From contig CBDCVR010000014.1 of the NCBI GenBank assembly GCA_965223155.1, forward strand, positions 1,248,001 through 1,312,000: DNA of 64,000 nt, in the 5' to 3' direction. The notes under the pieces were generated by a model. The model did not search any database, had not been told where the DNA came from, and saw nothing but the letters and a program-made list of their open reading frames with translations. Below are positions 18,915 to 32,804 of this stretch, in pieces. This stretch comes from Candidatus Multivoradales bacterium (GTDB lineage: Bacteria; Acidobacteriota; Thermoanaerobaculia; Multivoradales; JAHEKO01). A program made the position numbers and the translations under genes. Within the stretch, counting starts at the first letter, position 1, and each line of letters begins with the position of its first letter.

Positions 18915-20278
18915 CCCGGTCAGCGAGCCAAGCTGGACGTGCGAGGAGGCCGGGAGGCTTGTCTCGGTCTTGGGGTCCTCTCGAAACGGTATTCACGGTG
19001 TTCTTGCTTTTCTGGGCGACGACTCCGGTCTTCAGCCTTCTGCGTTTCCCGGTTCGGCAGCGCTGGCCAAACCCCGTCCAAGGGGATCTCGCCACGCAGC
19101 TGGTTTGGGCGGCGTGCTTTGCCACAATTCTGGGATTGCTCTGCCTGCGCTGGCAGGTCTCGCTGCGCGCGGCTCTTGTCGATCCCTGGATCCTCGGACT
19201 CATCGCTCTGGCCTTAGCCTCGACCCTCTGGTCGATAGAGCCGACGATCACCCTGCGCCGGGCGGTCGCGCTCGCCTTGACGACCGCGGCTGGCGTCTAT
19301 CTGGGATCGCGGTACTCCTCGTCGAGGATGGTTCGCCTTCTGTGCTGGTCTCTCGGACTCGCCGCCCTCTTGAGCTTCCTGTTCGGCTGGCTGCTGCCTC
19401 AATGGGGAGTCAACGATTTCCGCGAGCCCGGCACGTTACGGGGAATCTACCGAACCAAGAATCTCCTGGGCCGCTACATGCTGCTGGGTGCAATGGTGTT
19501 CCAGTTCGCGGTCGCCGGAATCGGTCGCTCGCGTTTCAGAGCGCTGTTCGGGTTCGCGCTATGTACCACGCTGCTCATGCTCTCTTGGAATCTGGCCGCG
19601 ATCGCCGGCCTTGTCGTTCTGCTGCCTGCCCTTTTCTGGATACAGCGCCGCCGGCCTCACGTACGGGTACTCGCCTCCGTCACCCTTGGCTTGATCGCGA
19701 TTCTCGCCTTGATGGGCACGTCCGAGTCTCTGTTCGGGCTTCTCGGCAAGCCCTTCCCTTCCTCTCGAGCCCTCCTGTGGCCCCAGGTGCAAACTGCAAT
19801 CGAGGAGCGGCCCCTCTTGGGATATGGCTTGGATGCCTACTGGCTGACGGAGGTCGATGCTCTGCCGGCCGGCGCACGCGATGCGCGCACAGTCCGGAAT
19901 TGGCGTCCCAGCTCGGCTCACAACGGACTCCTCGAGCTCCTCTTGGATCTCGGCATCGTAGGTCTGGTCCTCGTAGCACCGAGCCTCTGGGAGACGACGC
20001 GCCGAGCCATAGCGCGAATGCGTCGTGGCGGCTGGCAATCTCTATGGCCACTGGCTCTGCTTCTCTATCTCTTCGCTCTCAACTTGACTGAATCGGCCCT
20101 GGTGAACCGCAACAGCTTGTTCTGGATGCTGTACGTGGCGACCACCGTGCAGCTCGGCCTAGAGGAGCGTACCGGCCCCTCAACCCGCGGCCAAGTCGTA
20201 GACCGAGGCCACGCAGCGGGCGGACCTCCGCCGGGACCAGAGGTCGAAGGCGGAGGGCCTCGGCCGAGATCGCTCTAG
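18911..20278 (+). CDS. O-antigen ligase / Wzy-ExoQ-like polymerase family
   Basis: STLWS, RGIYRTKNLLG, R..LW....IEERPLLGYG..AYW, SAHNGLLELLLDLGIVG, NLTES; GTGA overlap. Confidence 0.8.
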   Translation: MTRSASQAGRARRPGGLSRSWGPLETVFTVFLLFWATTPVFSLLRFPVRQRWPNPVQGDLATQLVWAACFATILGLLCLRWQVSLRAALVDPWILGLIALALASTLWSIEPTITLRRAVALALTTAAGVYLGSRYSSSRMVRLLCWSLGLAALLSFLFGWLLPQWGVNDFREPGTLRGIYRTKNLLGRYMLLGAMVFQFAVAGIGRSRFRALFGFALCTTLLMLSWNLAAIAGLVVLLPALFWIQRRRPHVRVLASVTLGLIAILALMGTSESLFGLLGKPFPSSRALLWPQVQTAIEERPLLGYGLDAYWLTEVDALPAGARDARTVRNWRPSSAHNGLLELLLDLGIVGLVLVAPSLWETTRRAIARMRRGGWQSLWPLALLLYLFALNLTESALVNRNSLFWMLYVATTVQLGLEERTGPSTRGQVVDRGHAAGGPPPGPEVEGGGPRPRSL

Positions 20279-21208
20279 GCGCAGCCAACCATAAATCGCT
20301 TCGATGGCTTCGGCATCGAGGCGGTCGGAAACGGCGAGCACCCAGCGCTCTCCTAGAGACTCTTGAAGATCTCGCGAGCGGGCATTGTCGGCCATAACAA
20401 TCGGCAAGCCCTGCTCCAGGGCGGTGACCGGCGCATACGAGTTAAAAGGCATGAGCGAGATGAGACCGTCGACCTGACCCAGCAGCTCGGTCAACTCAGC
20501 CTCGGAAACATGCCGAGGAACCACGGTCAGCCCCGGCTCCCGCGCCGAAATTTCGAGCAAGCCTTCGACCAGCGGCGCCGAGACGGGACGTCCTGCTAGG
20601 ACCAGGCGGCGCAACGAGCGCGGTCTTTGAGCTTGAGCGTCGGCAAAGGCTTCGGCCAACTCCAGGAGCCGCTTGTCGCGCGCCAGAGCACCGAGCATCA
20701 AGAGTGAAGCCGCTCCCTCGGAGGCGGGCCGAGCCCACAACCGCGATCCATCGATTCCGGATCGGCAGGTCGTCGTGGGCACTCCCCGGAGTTTCGGGAA
20801 CGCGGCCTCGGCCTCCGCCTCTTGGCCGGGGGCCAGGAGGATCACCCTCCGCACGCACCCGGAGATCGCGCCAAAGATGAAGCGATCCAAGAGCCGAAGC
20901 ATCGGCGAAGTCGTGCGCGGCTCCAAGTTGTGCACAGTCCAGACCAGCCGGTGCCCCCGGGCTGTCAAAAGAAGGCAGAGAAGAACTCCGTGGATCGCCT
21001 TCAGAACGCGGCGCGGAAGTCCTCGATTCGAGCGCACGAAATGTTCCGGCCAGTGAATGTGGACGATCCGTCGTCGTCCCAGGACGGAGCGAAGATTGAG
21101 GCCCCGAACCTCGACCCCCTCCTTCCTCAATGCGCGCGAGAGCTTGGCAATGTGCGGGCTCTGGCTGTTTCTTGGATCCGGGTGCCACAGCACGACTCGG
21201 CGGCGCAT
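20180..21208 (-). CDS. GT-B glycosyltransferase (GT4-like)
   Basis: IVHIHWPE, LVWTVHNLEP, LLMLGALARDK, LVLAGRP. Confidence 0.7.
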   Translation of the reverse strand: MRRRVVLWHPDPRNSQSPHIAKLSRALRKEGVEVRGLNLRSVLGRRRIVHIHWPEHFVRSNRGLPRRVLKAIHGVLLCLLLTARGHRLVWTVHNLEPRTTSPMLRLLDRFIFGAISGCVRRVILLAPGQEAEAEAAFPKLRGVPTTTCRSGIDGSRLWARPASEGAASLLMLGALARDKRLLELAEAFADAQAQRPRSLRRLVLAGRPVSAPLVEGLLEISAREPGLTVVPRHVSEAELTELLGQVDGLISLMPFNSYAPVTALEQGLPIVMADNARSRDLQESLGERWVLAVSDRLDAEAIEAIYGWLRLERSRPRPSAFDLWSRRRSARCVASVYDLAAG

Positions 21209-21253
21209 CGCAAGAGTATCCCCCAGAGTCCGAGCTGTATGCTTCGCCCGCGA

Positions 21254-22978
21254 ATGGGCCCGAAACCGTCGACCGACGCCGTCCCACCAGTTGGTGCCGA
21301 CCGGAACCTTCGTCTGCGGCCCTCCATAGGAGGGTTGCTGGGCGTGCTTATTCTGGTCACCAGCTACGGTCCGACGGTCACCGAGCACATGGCCCACGCT
21401 CGCGATCCCGCCTACCTGAACGATGACGCTCGCGCCGTACTGACTCCATACTTCAGCTGGACTCCACAAGGTTTTGCGGCCGGATATCCGGAGGCCTATC
21501 ACCTCGCGGGCACACCCCTAGGTGTCCGCTCCGCCTATTCGGTTCTAGCGAGATTCTTCGACCCGGCCATAACCAGCAGTCGCCTTCCCTATCTTCTCTG
21601 GGTCGGAACAGCCGCCGCCGTCGCGGCTGCCGCGCATCGACTAGGCGGAGCAGCGGCGGCTGTTGGCTCTCTGGCGCTGTTCCTGGGAAGCGCCTACCCG
21701 ATGGCTCGACTGGTCGGCGCTCTGCCACGAGCCTATGCGCTTCCCATTGTCGGGCTAGGAGCCTGGGCATTGATCACCAATCGCAAGCGCGCGCTCGCGG
21801 TGAGCGTCGTCCTGGGTGCGGCGTTCTATCCAGCGAGCGGGATCCTGACCGGGACCGCCTTGGCCATGGTGCTCGTCGTCACAGCACTCCAGCACCGATC
21901 GTCCAGACGCTACGCCGGTGTGCTGCTGGCGATCACTACCACCTGCGCGGCCACTCTGGTCGTCCCGCTGGCCCTGCGCTTCGCTCCGTTCGGCCCGAGC
22001 GTCAAACGAGCTGCCTTCTCAGAGCTGCCGGAGGCATCCCCACAGGGTCGGCTGCAAATCGCCGAGGACCGAGTCGAGACCGACCTGCGTTCGGCGGTAC
22101 GACGATCCGGCCGGGTCGCGCTTGTCGGCGCGCGCCCTTGGCTGCCGACGCTGCGGTCTGCTCTTTTCAGCCCACCACAGCGCAAGCCCATCGCGGCCTT
22201 GTTCGTGGCGATCCTCCTCCTAGGCTTCTTGTACCTTCTTCGGGCTGGTCCCCCCGCCAGACGTCTGTCGGTGCTCTTGCTCGCCGCAGCAGGCTTGTAC
22301 TTGTTGGCTCAGATCGCTTTTCCGTACCTCTACTTGCCCGGACGCTACACAGCCTACGCCGTCCCGGTCCTCGCCTGGATCCTGGCTCCCGCGAGCCTGG
22401 TGGCCTTACGTCGTCGTTTCGCCGCCGGCCGCCGGTGGCTCGACTGGGTCGCAATCGGAGCACTGCTGCTGGCACTCGGCGGACGTGGGGATCCCAAGGC
22501 CGGTTACACCTCGGTGATCGACATTTCGAACCCGGTCTTTGCCGCAGTCTCCGCCCTCGACTCGCAAAGCCTTGTAGCCGCCTGGCCGCGCGGACTGGCG
22601 GACAACCTACCCTACTGGACTCGGCGGCCGGTACTTGCCAACTATGAGAGTCACCTGCCGTACCACCGGGCCTACGTGCTGGAGATGCGAAGGCGAGTGC
22701 AAGCGATCATCGCCGCCTACTGGGCAAGATCGAACGAGCCGCTCCACGGGCTCCGTAGAGATTTCGGCGTCACTCACTTCCTGGTCGACAAACGTCTACT
22801 CTCCGGCGACGCCCCAAGCTACTTTGCCCCGTTCGACCAAGACATCGACCGTGCCCATTCAGCGACGGCGGAGGAAACGCCGGCTGTACTTCGCCTCGCG
22901 CCGTCGGCCACAGTCTACGAAGACGAACGGTACCTGTTGGTGGATCTGGTCCGCCTGGCCAAGGCTCCCAGCCCCTAA
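21254..22978 (+). CDS. Polytopic membrane protein, possibly GT-C fold
   Basis: N-terminal TM then a loop with NDDAR, about 10 hydrophobic segments and a soluble C-terminal domain (FGVTHFLVD); lies in the glycan cluster. Confidence 0.55.
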   Translation: MGPKPSTDAVPPVGADRNLRLRPSIGGLLGVLILVTSYGPTVTEHMAHARDPAYLNDDARAVLTPYFSWTPQGFAAGYPEAYHLAGTPLGVRSAYSVLARFFDPAITSSRLPYLLWVGTAAAVAAAAHRLGGAAAAVGSLALFLGSAYPMARLVGALPRAYALPIVGLGAWALITNRKRALAVSVVLGAAFYPASGILTGTALAMVLVVTALQHRSSRRYAGVLLAITTTCAATLVVPLALRFAPFGPSVKRAAFSELPEASPQGRLQIAEDRVETDLRSAVRRSGRVALVGARPWLPTLRSALFSPPQRKPIAALFVAILLLGFLYLLRAGPPARRLSVLLLAAAGLYLLAQIAFPYLYLPGRYTAYAVPVLAWILAPASLVALRRRFAAGRRWLDWVAIGALLLALGGRGDPKAGYTSVIDISNPVFAAVSALDSQSLVAAWPRGLADNLPYWTRRPVLANYESHLPYHRAYVLEMRRRVQAIIAAYWARSNEPLHGLRRDFGVTHFLVDKRLLSGDAPSYFAPFDQDIDRAHSATAEETPAVLRLAPSATVYEDERYLLVDLVRLAKAPSP

Positions 22979-22998
22979 CAGGCCGCCGACGCGCGACT

Positions 22999-23030
22999 CG
23001 GAAAAGCAGTCTTTCTCCGGTCTGCTTCCG
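22999..23030. terminator. Imperfect hairpin between convergent genes
   Basis: cggaaaagcag...ctgcttccg inverted repeat between stops at 22978 and 23032. Confidence 0.35.
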
Positions 23031-23031
23031 A

Positions 23032-26000
23032 TCAAATCTCGCGCGGAGCGGCGACCCCTGCGGCAGGACTGCCCGCAGCTCCGGCACCTTCGCCGTCTCC
23101 GGCCGAGGCCATCCGCCGCGCCGCCCGCTTCAAGGTGCCGCTGACGATGGCGCGGGCGTCGTCAAAAAAGGTGTAGAAGACCGGGATGACGAGAAGGGTC
23201 AGGAGGGTCGCGGTGGTCAGGCCGCCGATCAGGGTCAGACCGAAGCTCCGGTAGCTCAAGCCGATGCTCGAGGAGCCCTGGACGGTCAGCGGCACCAAGC
23301 CGCCGATCGTTGTCAGCGCGGTCATCATGATCGGCCGGAAGCGGCGGCTGGCGGCCAGGAGCAGCGCTTCGCGCCGCTCGTAGCCCTGATGCCGCAGGCG
23401 GGTCACGTAGTCGACCAGGACGATGCCGTTGTTGACGACCACGCCAACGAGCAGGATTAGTCCGACGGCTCCCAAGAAGTCGATGTTGAGCCCGGAGAGA
23501 AAATGGCTCCAGTACACCCCCAGGCTCGCGAGCGGAATCGTCAGGATGATCGAAAGCGGCAGAATGAAGCTCTCGAACAGGAAGCCCATCAGCAGGTAGA
23601 TGAAGATGACCGAAACGATGGCCGCGAAGATCATCCCCTGGAGATCCTCGCTCAGTCCCTCGTTGCCGCCCTGGGAGCCGAAGGTCACGCCCTCGGGCAG
23701 GTCGATCGCCGCGGTCAGAGCCATCAGGGTCGCCCGGGTGTCGTCTTCCTTGCCGTCTTCGAGCTCCATGGTGATCTCGCGCGAGGTGCGCTTGTTCTTG
23801 CGGAAGATGCGCTGCGCCGAGGCCAGATAGCGCGGTTCGGCGAGCGTCGAGAGTGGCACCGTGGCGCCGTCGTTGGTCGGCACCGAGAAATCAGCGAGTT
23901 CGTCGAGCGAGTCTCGGTCCTCTTCCCGGAAGCGCACGGTCACCGGGATCTCCTTGCCGCCGGCATGAAACCGCGGCAGCCCCTGGCCGCGCAAGGCGTA
24001 GCCGACCACCGCCGAGACCACCATGGGATTGATGTCCTGGGCTTGGAGGCGCTCCCGGTCCAGGACCAGCGCCATTTCGCTCGGGGTCTCGTCACCTACC
24101 TTCTTGGTGCCGATGACTCCCGGAACCCGGGTAAACAGGGCCTCCAAGTTCTCGGCCACGGTCTCGAGAATTTCGGAGTCCTCGCCTTCGATCATGACGG
24201 TGTGGAGGCTCTTGTTCTGGAACTGATCGCCGCGGCCGTCCTCGGCGGTCCGCACCTTGACTCCGGCCTTCTCGGGCAGGGCGTCGAGCACGGCCTTGGT
24301 GGCCTCGCGCAGGGATACGTCGTTGGTGCGCGGGCTCTTGAACCAACCCTGGAGCTCGCCGTAGGTCGAGCGATGGAAAACGAACCAGCCGTCCAGATCG
24401 AGCTCCTCGGCATGGTCTTCGACGACCTTCTCCGCCGCCAGGAAGTACTCCTCGGCCTCTTCGAGGGTGGTGTTCTGGGCCAGGCTGACCGAGAGCTCGA
24501 AGCCGCCGCGGGCTTCTTCCTGCACTTCCACGAACTTGACCTTCTGGAAGATGACGCCGCTGACCAGGAAGATCGCCGCCAGCAGCAGGACGAGATCCAG
24601 ACGCCGGTTCAGAAACACTCCCAGGAGACCCGTGTAGCCCTTGGCTAGGAGCCCGAAGGTGGCATCGTAGGCGCGCTTCAGCCAGTCGAAGACGACATGG
24701 GGCTGATCGTCGTCCCGCCCGTCCTCGGGCAGGGTCAGATAGACCGAGAGCGGAATAAAGATCAAAGCCACCAGAAGCGAGCCCAGAAGCGCCACCGAGA
24801 TCGGAATCGAAAGCCGCAGCAGGAAGAACTGCCCCATCCCCTCGACCAGCGACACCGGCAGGAAAACGATGATCGTGGTCAGGGTGGCCATGACGATCGC
24901 CAGCGCGATCTCGCCCGCGCCCTCGATACAGGCGCGCCGCCGGGACAGCCCCTCGCGGTGGAGACGAAAGATGTTCTCGCCCACGACCACCGAATTGTCG
25001 ACCAGGAGTCCGACCGAGATCATCAGCGCCAGCAGCGTCAGGATGTTGAGCGACTCGCCCGCGAAGTACATGGCGGTGAGGGCGATGACGATCGAGACCG
25101 GGATCGACAGGGTCACGATCAGGGTCATGCGGAACCGGCGCAGGAAGAAAAAGAGCACCAAGAGCGCGATGATGCCGCCGATCCGGCCGCTCGCCAGAAG
25201 CGTGCCCAGGGACTCCATGATGACCTCGCCCTGATCGAAAAGGGTGGCCACGTCCACGACCTGGAGCCTGGGGTTGGCGCGCATCTCCTCGACCGCGGCG
25301 TCCACCCGCCGGGCCACCTCGAGCGAGTTGGCGTCGCCCTCCTTCATCACCGACACCGCCACCGCCGGCCGGCTCATGGCCCGGACCCGGTACTTCTTGT
25401 CCGGCAGGTCGTAGCTGACGGTGGCGATGTCTTTGAGCCTGGTGTTGGGTCCGACCAGCCGGTTCTCGAGCTCTTCGACGTGGTCGTAGCGAGCCACCGA
25501 GCGCAGGAGTAGCTTCTTGCCGCCGTGGCGGACGTCGCCGCTCGACAGGGTGAAGTTGTCGCCCGAGAGCTGCTGGGCCAGATCGTAGATGTTGAGTCCG
25601 GAGGCGGCGGTGCGCTCGCGGTCGAGCTCGATCAGGATCTCCTTCTCTTCGAGACCGTGGGTCTCGACCGAAGCCACGCCCTCGAGCCGCTCGAGACGCA
25701 GGACCACCTCGTCCTGGACCAAGTTGTAGACGTCGACCACGGCCGGATCGATCGCCAAGCCCACGAAGTAGATCGGAATGCCGGAAGCGTCATCCTTGAA
25801 GAGGAAGACCTGCTGAACGTCGTCGGGCATCTCGATCCGCGCCCGCTCCACGCGGTCGCGCGCCTCGCGATAGGCGACATCCATGTCGGTGCCCTGCTTG
25901 AAGCGCAACGAGCACATGGCAAAGCCCGTGCGCGCGTACGAGTCGAGCTGGTCGATTCCGGCGATGGTCGAAAGCTCGGCCTCGAGAGGCAGGACGATCT

Positions 26001-26253
26001 TGTCCAGGACCTCCTGCGAGGGCGCGTCCCGCCACGGCACCTGGACGCTCAGGTGGGGCCCCTCGAAACCGGAGGGAAAGAGCTCGAGCGGAATGCTCAA
26101 GGTGGCGACCGCGCCCAACACGACCAGGGTCATGAGGATCATGAGCACGGTGATCCGCCGGTCGAGCGAAAAGCGCGGCAAGCGCGAATCGGTACCGCCC
26201 ACGGGCTCGCCGGGCGTGGCGGGTTCTTGGCTCGGGGTTCGAGTCTCGTTCAT
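23032..26253 (-). CDS. RND efflux permease (AcrB family)
   Basis: 1073 aa; GLLVDNSVVVGENI, GVVVNNGIVLVD, RFRPIMMTALTTIGGLVP. Confidence 0.92.
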   Translation of the reverse strand: MNETRTPSQEPATPGEPVGGTDSRLPRFSLDRRITVLMILMTLVVLGAVATLSIPLELFPSGFEGPHLSVQVPWRDAPSQEVLDKIVLPLEAELSTIAGIDQLDSYARTGFAMCSLRFKQGTDMDVAYREARDRVERARIEMPDDVQQVFLFKDDASGIPIYFVGLAIDPAVVDVYNLVQDEVVLRLERLEGVASVETHGLEEKEILIELDRERTAASGLNIYDLAQQLSGDNFTLSSGDVRHGGKKLLLRSVARYDHVEELENRLVGPNTRLKDIATVSYDLPDKKYRVRAMSRPAVAVSVMKEGDANSLEVARRVDAAVEEMRANPRLQVVDVATLFDQGEVIMESLGTLLASGRIGGIIALLVLFFFLRRFRMTLIVTLSIPVSIVIALTAMYFAGESLNILTLLALMISVGLLVDNSVVVGENIFRLHREGLSRRRACIEGAGEIALAIVMATLTTIIVFLPVSLVEGMGQFFLLRLSIPISVALLGSLLVALIFIPLSVYLTLPEDGRDDDQPHVVFDWLKRAYDATFGLLAKGYTGLLGVFLNRRLDLVLLLAAIFLVSGVIFQKVKFVEVQEEARGGFELSVSLAQNTTLEEAEEYFLAAEKVVEDHAEELDLDGWFVFHRSTYGELQGWFKSPRTNDVSLREATKAVLDALPEKAGVKVRTAEDGRGDQFQNKSLHTVMIEGEDSEILETVAENLEALFTRVPGVIGTKKVGDETPSEMALVLDRERLQAQDINPMVVSAVVGYALRGQGLPRFHAGGKEIPVTVRFREEDRDSLDELADFSVPTNDGATVPLSTLAEPRYLASAQRIFRKNKRTSREITMELEDGKEDDTRATLMALTAAIDLPEGVTFGSQGGNEGLSEDLQGMIFAAIVSVIFIYLLMGFLFESFILPLSIILTIPLASLGVYWSHFLSGLNIDFLGAVGLILLVGVVVNNGIVLVDYVTRLRHQGYERREALLLAASRRFRPIMMTALTTIGGLVPLTVQGSSSIGLSYRSFGLTLIGGLTTATLLTLLVIPVFYTFFDDARAIVSGTLKRAARRMASAGDGEGAGAAGSPAAGVAAPREI

Positions 26254-26293
26254 CGTGGAGTCGCTTTCTTGGATATCCCTCGGATCTTGACGC

Positions 26294-29847
<3,554 letters not shown>

Positions 29848-29851
<4 letters not shown>

Positions 29852-31059
29852 TCGCCCGCCTCGTCCTCGACCGGCGCGGCGGCGGACTCGGCGCCGTTCC
29901 CGACGATCCGGACCACCGAACCGTCCTTCAAGCCGGCCTGGCCGGCGATCACGATGCGGTCGCCGTCCTCGAGGAGGCCCGCGGGCTCGATGTTGTCCCG
30001 ATCTTCGAGGCGAGCCTCGACCAGCAAGCGCTCGACCTCGCCGTCGCCGGTCAACCGGAAGACGAAGATCTGGTCGGCGTCGTAGATCAGGGCCTTCTTC
30101 GGCACCAGCACCGCGCTGTCGTTGACCGCAGTCACCAGCTCGACCGAAACGTACATGCCAGGCAGAAGCTCCGAGCCGCGCGGAATAGCGATTGTAGCCT
30201 TGACCGTGCCGCTACGCGGGTCGACGCGCGGCGCGATCCGCTCGACCGTGCCGTAGCGCTCGGCGCCCCGGGCTCCCTCGGCGTAGATGCGGGCCTCGAG
30301 GCCCGTGCGGATCCGCCACAGGTCCTTTTCGGGCACGTAGACGCGAGCCACGATCGAGTCGAAGTCCACCAGGTCGAAGAGCGGCTGGCCGGCGGTCACT
30401 TGATTGCCGACGCTGACATGGCGCTGGGTCACGGTACCGGCGATCGGCGCGCGCACCTCGGTGTAGCCCAACTCGCGGCGGGCGTCCTGAAGAGCCAGCT
30501 CGAGCTGCTCCAGCTCGTAGGTGGCTTCGTTGTACGTCTGCTCGCTGATCAGCTGCTGCTCGAAGAGGTTGGTCTGGCGCTGGTACTCCCGCCGGGCCTT
30601 CGCCAGCTGGCCCTCGGTCCGGGCTAGCGCCGTCCGCAGCTCGTCGTTCTGCAACCGGAGCAGCACCCGTCCCTTGCCGACTTCGTCGCCTTCTTCGACC
30701 AGGAGCTGGCGTACCGGAAGCTGCCGGGTCGCCTGGGAAACCACCTGGACCTCGCCCTCGGCTTCCAGATTGGTCGAGAACCGCAGCAGGGTCTCGATCG
30801 GTCCCCGCTCCAGAATCGTGATCTCGACCGGAACGGCCTCGTCTGCATCGTCCTCGTCGTTCTCGGAGTCCGGCTTCTTGTCGCCGTCTTCGGAGGCCTT
30901 GCCGGATTCCTCCGCAGCCTCGCCATCCGACTCCCCGGCCGACTCCCCGTCCGGCCGCGAGCAGCCCACCGGGCCGCCGGCCAGAAGCGCCGCGAGGGTC
31001 GCCAATACGACCAGTAGGTAGAAATGTTTCGAGACTCCGACTCCAAGCGTAACTCGCAT
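29848..31059 (-). CDS. RND periplasmic adaptor (membrane fusion protein)
   Basis: VEEGDEV.KG, coiled-coil hairpin, VRAPIAGTV, LLPGMYV; translationally coupled to the permease. Confidence 0.9.
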
Positions 31060-31146
31060 CCGTATCTCCCCGAGGTACCGTTCCCGTCTAACCTACTACG
31101 TCCGCGCCCTGGGCTGGTTTCCCGGACCTCGCGATACGCTTGCGCC

Positions 31147-32466
31147 ATGTCCGCGGCGTCCCAGAGCGCGTGGCGGCGAGCTCTCGACCTCGCCGACGCC
31201 ACGCCGCCCACGCGCAACCGGTACGCCGATTTCCTGCGCGCCGCGTCGATCTCGGTCGTGGTGCTGGGCCATTGGCTGATGGCGGCGCCGCACCGCCGCG
31301 CCGACGGCGTGGCCTTGGAGCACATGCTGGATGTCTCCTCCTGGACTCACTGGCTGACCTGGCTCCTCCAGGTCATGCCGATCTTTTTCATCGTCGGCGG
31401 GTTTTCGAACTCGATCTCCTGGGAGAAGGCTCGCGAGCGGGGACTCGGCTACGCCGAATGGCTGGACTCGCGCCTCCGGCGCCTGGTGATGCCGGTCCTG
31501 CCCCTGCTTCTCGTCTGGGGGATCCTGGGCTCGGCCGCAATTCTGGCCAAGATCCGGCCCGAGACTTTGCGCGCCGGCTCCCAGATCGCGCTGGTCCCGA
31601 CTTGGTTTCTGTGCGTCTATCTGGTCTCGATTCTGACCGTGCCCTGGACGCACGCCGCCTGGCGCCGGTTCGGCATGGGCTCGTTCGCGGCGCTGGCGGT
31701 GCTGGCGGCGGTGGTCGATCTGGCCGCCTTCGCCGGGGGCATGAAGGCGCTACGCTGGCTCAACTATCTCTTCGTCTGGTCGGCGGTACACCAGCTGGGC
31801 TACGCCTGGCGGAGCCGGCGCCTGGAAGGCTGGCGGCGGGTGGCCCTGGCCGGATTCGGTCTCGCCGCGCTCTTCGCTCTCGTGCTGCGCGGCCCCTACC
31901 CGGTCAGCATGGTAGGCGTGCCGGGCGAGGAGGTCTCGAACAGCCTGCCGCCGACGGTCGCGCTCCTCGCTCTTGGCATGTTCCAGGGAGGTCTCCTCCT
32001 GACTTTCGAGCCCTGGGTTTCGCGCTGGCTCGAGCGGCGCCGGGTGTGGGCGGCCACCGTCCTCGTCAACGCCAACATCATGACCCTCTATCTCTGGCAT
32101 TCGACGGTCTTGGTGCTGGTCATCGGTCTCCTGGTGCGCCTGAACGGCCTGGGACTCGGCCTGGCGCCGGGAACCGGTACCTGGTGGTGGTCCCGGATTC
32201 CGTGGGTGTTGGCTCTGGCGGCGCTGCTGCTGCCGGTCCTGGCCCTCTTCGGCCGCTTCGAGCGGCCGTCGGCGCGGCCCGGCCCGCCACCCGCGGCCTG
32301 GCGGCTGATCGTGGCGGCTCTTCTCTTCTGCGGCGGAGTCGCGATTCTGGCCTACAACGGCGTCGGCGGAGGCCGGTTCGGCCTCCGCATCGTGGCCCTG
32401 GCTCTGCCGTTTGCCGGAGCCGCCCTGGCGCAGTTCGGCTGGCGCCGGGGATCAAGTCCTACCTAG
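31147..32466 (+). CDS. Acyltransferase family 3 membrane protein
   Basis: RNRYADFLRA..VVLGHW, LQVMPIFFIVGG, RLRRL, WFLCVY, MTLYLWH. Confidence 0.85.
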   Translation: MSAASQSAWRRALDLADATPPTRNRYADFLRAASISVVVLGHWLMAAPHRRADGVALEHMLDVSSWTHWLTWLLQVMPIFFIVGGFSNSISWEKARERGLGYAEWLDSRLRRLVMPVLPLLLVWGILGSAAILAKIRPETLRAGSQIALVPTWFLCVYLVSILTVPWTHAAWRRFGMGSFAALAVLAAVVDLAAFAGGMKALRWLNYLFVWSAVHQLGYAWRSRRLEGWRRVALAGFGLAALFALVLRGPYPVSMVGVPGEEVSNSLPPTVALLALGMFQGGLLLTFEPWVSRWLERRRVWAATVLVNANIMTLYLWHSTVLVLVIGLLVRLNGLGLGLAPGTGTWWWSRIPWVLALAALLLPVLALFGRFERPSARPGPPPAAWRLIVAALLFCGGVAILAYNGVGGGRFGLRIVALALPFAGAALAQFGWRRGSSPT

Positions 32467-32577
32467 CCCGACGGGATCGACACCAGACTCCGGCGACGAC
32501 ATCTCCGGAAGGCCAACGGCAGGGCCCTCGATCGTTCTCAGGCCGAATCCATGCGGTGGAAAGCTCGGAAAAAGGTC

Positions 32578-32604
32578 GAGGCCCCGGAGAGCATCCGGGG
32601 CCTC
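32578..32604. terminator. Perfect 11-bp GC-rich hairpin
   Basis: gaggccccgga-gagca-tccggggcctc; a T-run follows only on the minus strand. Confidence 0.5.
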
Positions 32605-32804
32605 TAAGGATGGTGTGCTTAGCGATGGGAAGATGGGAAATGGCCACCGCAAGCACGCTCAGGATATCACGGACCGGTACCGGACCCAAATCGCAGATCC
32701 GGCGGCTGGTTACTCCACTACCGAACCTCGCCAAATAGGACCGCTCATTCGATACTCTCGCTGGGCTTCCAGCTCATCGAGCCCGGTCCGGGCCGCAGCC
32801 CAGT

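Noticed and set aside
32480-32550. Glycine riboswitch call upstream of the gcvT-like gene
   Set aside because: It lacks the conserved GGAGA element and a clear P1 stem. It is kept only as a weak finding, not a feature.
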